In this document: one piece after another, positions 62,912 through 64,000 of the stretch
Layout of the letters: the number at the start of each line of letters is the position of its first letter
How positions within the stretch are numbered: position 1 is the first letter of the stretch
DNA from: Candidatus Moraniibacteriota bacterium
GTDB taxonomy: Bacteria; Patescibacteriota; Minisyncoccia; Moranbacterales; UBA1568
Direction: 5' to 3'
Assembly (NCBI GenBank): GCA_963743885.1
Contig: CAVURJ010000001.1
Coordinates: 140,949 to 204,948 of the forward strand
DNA length: 64,000 nt
The notes under the pieces: model-generated
The model's database searches: none
What the model saw: the letters and a program-made list of their open reading frames with translations, nothing else
Told to the model about the DNA's origin: nothing
Program-made: the position numbers and the translations under genes

Positions 62912-64000
62912 ATGGCCGGAAAAACGAAGTATTCTGAGCACGTTCTCATGTTTGCTGTACAGCAGTTGCGTATGTTGGGAATCTCGATTTCTATCATCGC
63001 AGAGTTGCTTGATGTTGCGATCGGGACGGTCCAGAAGCGCGTCAAGGATATCGTGCCGCAGACAGGCAGTGTATTCGCGGCCGCATGGGAACGGTTCTGC
63101 AAGCTCGAGGAGGAGGCTATTTCGCATAGGGAGCCTTCTACACAGGAATTGACTCTCTATACTGCGCTCCGCCAATACCTGGATATCGATTCATGTCTAG
63201 TGGTAGTGGATCAGGTACTGCTTACGATGCGGGAGCTTATGCTGCCGCATGTACCGGAGAGCGAGATGGGCTATTTCGACCTTCTGGATAAAGCGTTCGA
63301 GTTGTCGGAAGAAAAAATCTCACTGCCCAAGGTGGGTGATCGACAGGTCAGCGAGCCTATCGATTACCTGATTCTCTATGCTCCGAAGCAGCCGGTGTCG
63401 ATGAAGGACATCATGGCGGCATTCCGGACCGGTATCGCGGATTTGCGCCGTGTCCAGGTAGCTGTGCCGTGGCCGGAGAATGCTAGGCAGGTCGTGGAAG
63501 ACACTCTCCTCACGCTCCCTTTGCGTGAGAGCAAGGTGCTAGCCGATCGTTTCGGGCTTTACGGCGGACGCAAGAAGACGTTTCGGGAAATAGGCCAGGA
63601 CTTCGGCCTGACGTCCGAGAGCATCCACCGGATCGAGTCTATCGCGATTCGGAAACTGCTGCGTTCGCCTTGCTGGGAATTATTGGCGCCATTGGTTGCG
63701 GATTTCAGCGTGGTACTCGAGGAGCGTGATTCCTTGAAGCAGAAGAATGGCGAGCTCGAAAGCGCGATGATGAGCTGCCGCTCCCTGATTGCGAAGCTGA
63801 CCCGGGGAATGAGCGAGGCGGGCATGTCCGTGGACAAGTCGGTCAAGGTCGACCCGGTCCTTCTCCGATCGATAGACAGTCTCGATCTCACGATCCGTTC
63901 GTCGAACTGCCTTGTGGCTGAGAACATCCGTTGCATCGGTCAATTAGTGCAGCGCAGCGAATTCCAGCTTCTCAGGTTGCCGAATCTCGGACGCAAGAGT
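62912..64000 (+). CDS. Protein combining sigma-70 region-4-like HTH and RNA polymerase alpha C-terminal domain (alpha-CTD), 3' end outside window
   Basis: SD aggag; [42 protein letters not shown] (sigma r4.2-like) and [50 protein letters not shown] (near-identical in pattern to E. coli alpha-CTD); open to window end. Confidence 0.6.
   Translation, partial: MAGKTKYSEHVLMFAVQQLRMLGISISIIAELLDVAIGTVQKRVKDIVPQTGSVFAAAWERFCKLEEEAISHREPSTQELTLYTALRQYLDIDSCLVVVDQVLLTMRELMLPHVPESEMGYFDLLDKAFELSEEKISLPKVGDRQVSEPIDYLILYAPKQPVSMKDIMAAFRTGIADLRRVQVAVPWPENARQVVEDTLLTLPLRESKVLADRFGLYGGRKKTFREIGQDFGLTSESIHRIESIAIRKLLRSPCWELLAPLVADFSVVLEERDSLKQKNGELESAMMSCRSLIAKLTRGMSEAGMSVDKSVKVDPVLLRSIDSLDLTIRSSNCLVAENIRCIGQLVQRSEFQLLRLPNLGRKS

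Noticed and set aside
62735-63175. First 147 codons of ORF 61097-63175
   Set aside because: They overlap the divergent, SD-supported 62912 gene and are non-hydrophobic, unlike the rest of the membrane protein. The start was moved to 62734.
1-64000. Prophage, integron, IS element or rRNA operon
   Set aside because: No integrase, transposase, capsid/terminase or rRNA signatures were recognised. Mobile-like signals are limited to small repeats and low-GC islets.

Overview
This 64-kb window comes from a ~57% GC bacterial chromosome. Its gene content is typical of a small-genome, CPR/Patescibacteria-like organism. There is a type IV pilus cluster with one standard and one tandem-fused PilB/GspE ATPase, FemAB, ComM, a reduced central metabolism (pyruvate kinase, malic enzyme, glycogen synthase, GH57-like), and dispersed ruvA/ruvB/ruvC genes.

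About 65 coding sequences are annotated, plus one tRNA-Ser(GGA) and many rho-independent terminators.

The highlights are:
- A minus-strand 4-gene ATP-grasp/peptidase operon at 1685-6756. It comprises a 7TM protein, a RimK-like ligase fused to a retropepsin-like domain, a second ATP-grasp ligase, and a large HEIEGH-motif protein. This is the best candidate for an undescribed peptide-ligation/processing system.
- A family of GC-rich palindromic CCCGCCCG...GCGGGCGGG elements. They sit in intergenic DNA and are also inserted in-frame into tsaE and polA, much like Rickettsia palindromic elements.
- An (AAGAATC)4 heptanucleotide microsatellite embedded in the same reading frame (encoding KNQESRIKNQE) in three unrelated genes. 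FemAB carries two further heptamer arrays.
- Several low-GC islets that carry cis-features:
  - a GHKL-ATPase + STAS-like two-gene module behind a promoter with two copies of a 17-bp palindrome;
  - a DUF559 endonuclease gene bracketed by hairpin inverted repeats;
  - two hypothetical genes each preceded by a G8 tract;
  - an islet next to tRNA-Ser with an upstream tRNA-like fragment.
- A 3'-truncated gene that combines a sigma-70 region-4-like helix-turn-helix with a near-canonical RNA polymerase alpha C-terminal domain.

Three genes look interrupted at short homopolymers: glgA, a DUF2207 protein, and possibly a sensor histidine kinase. This may be genuine gene decay or assembly indels.

No CRISPR array, rRNA or obvious prophage was found.
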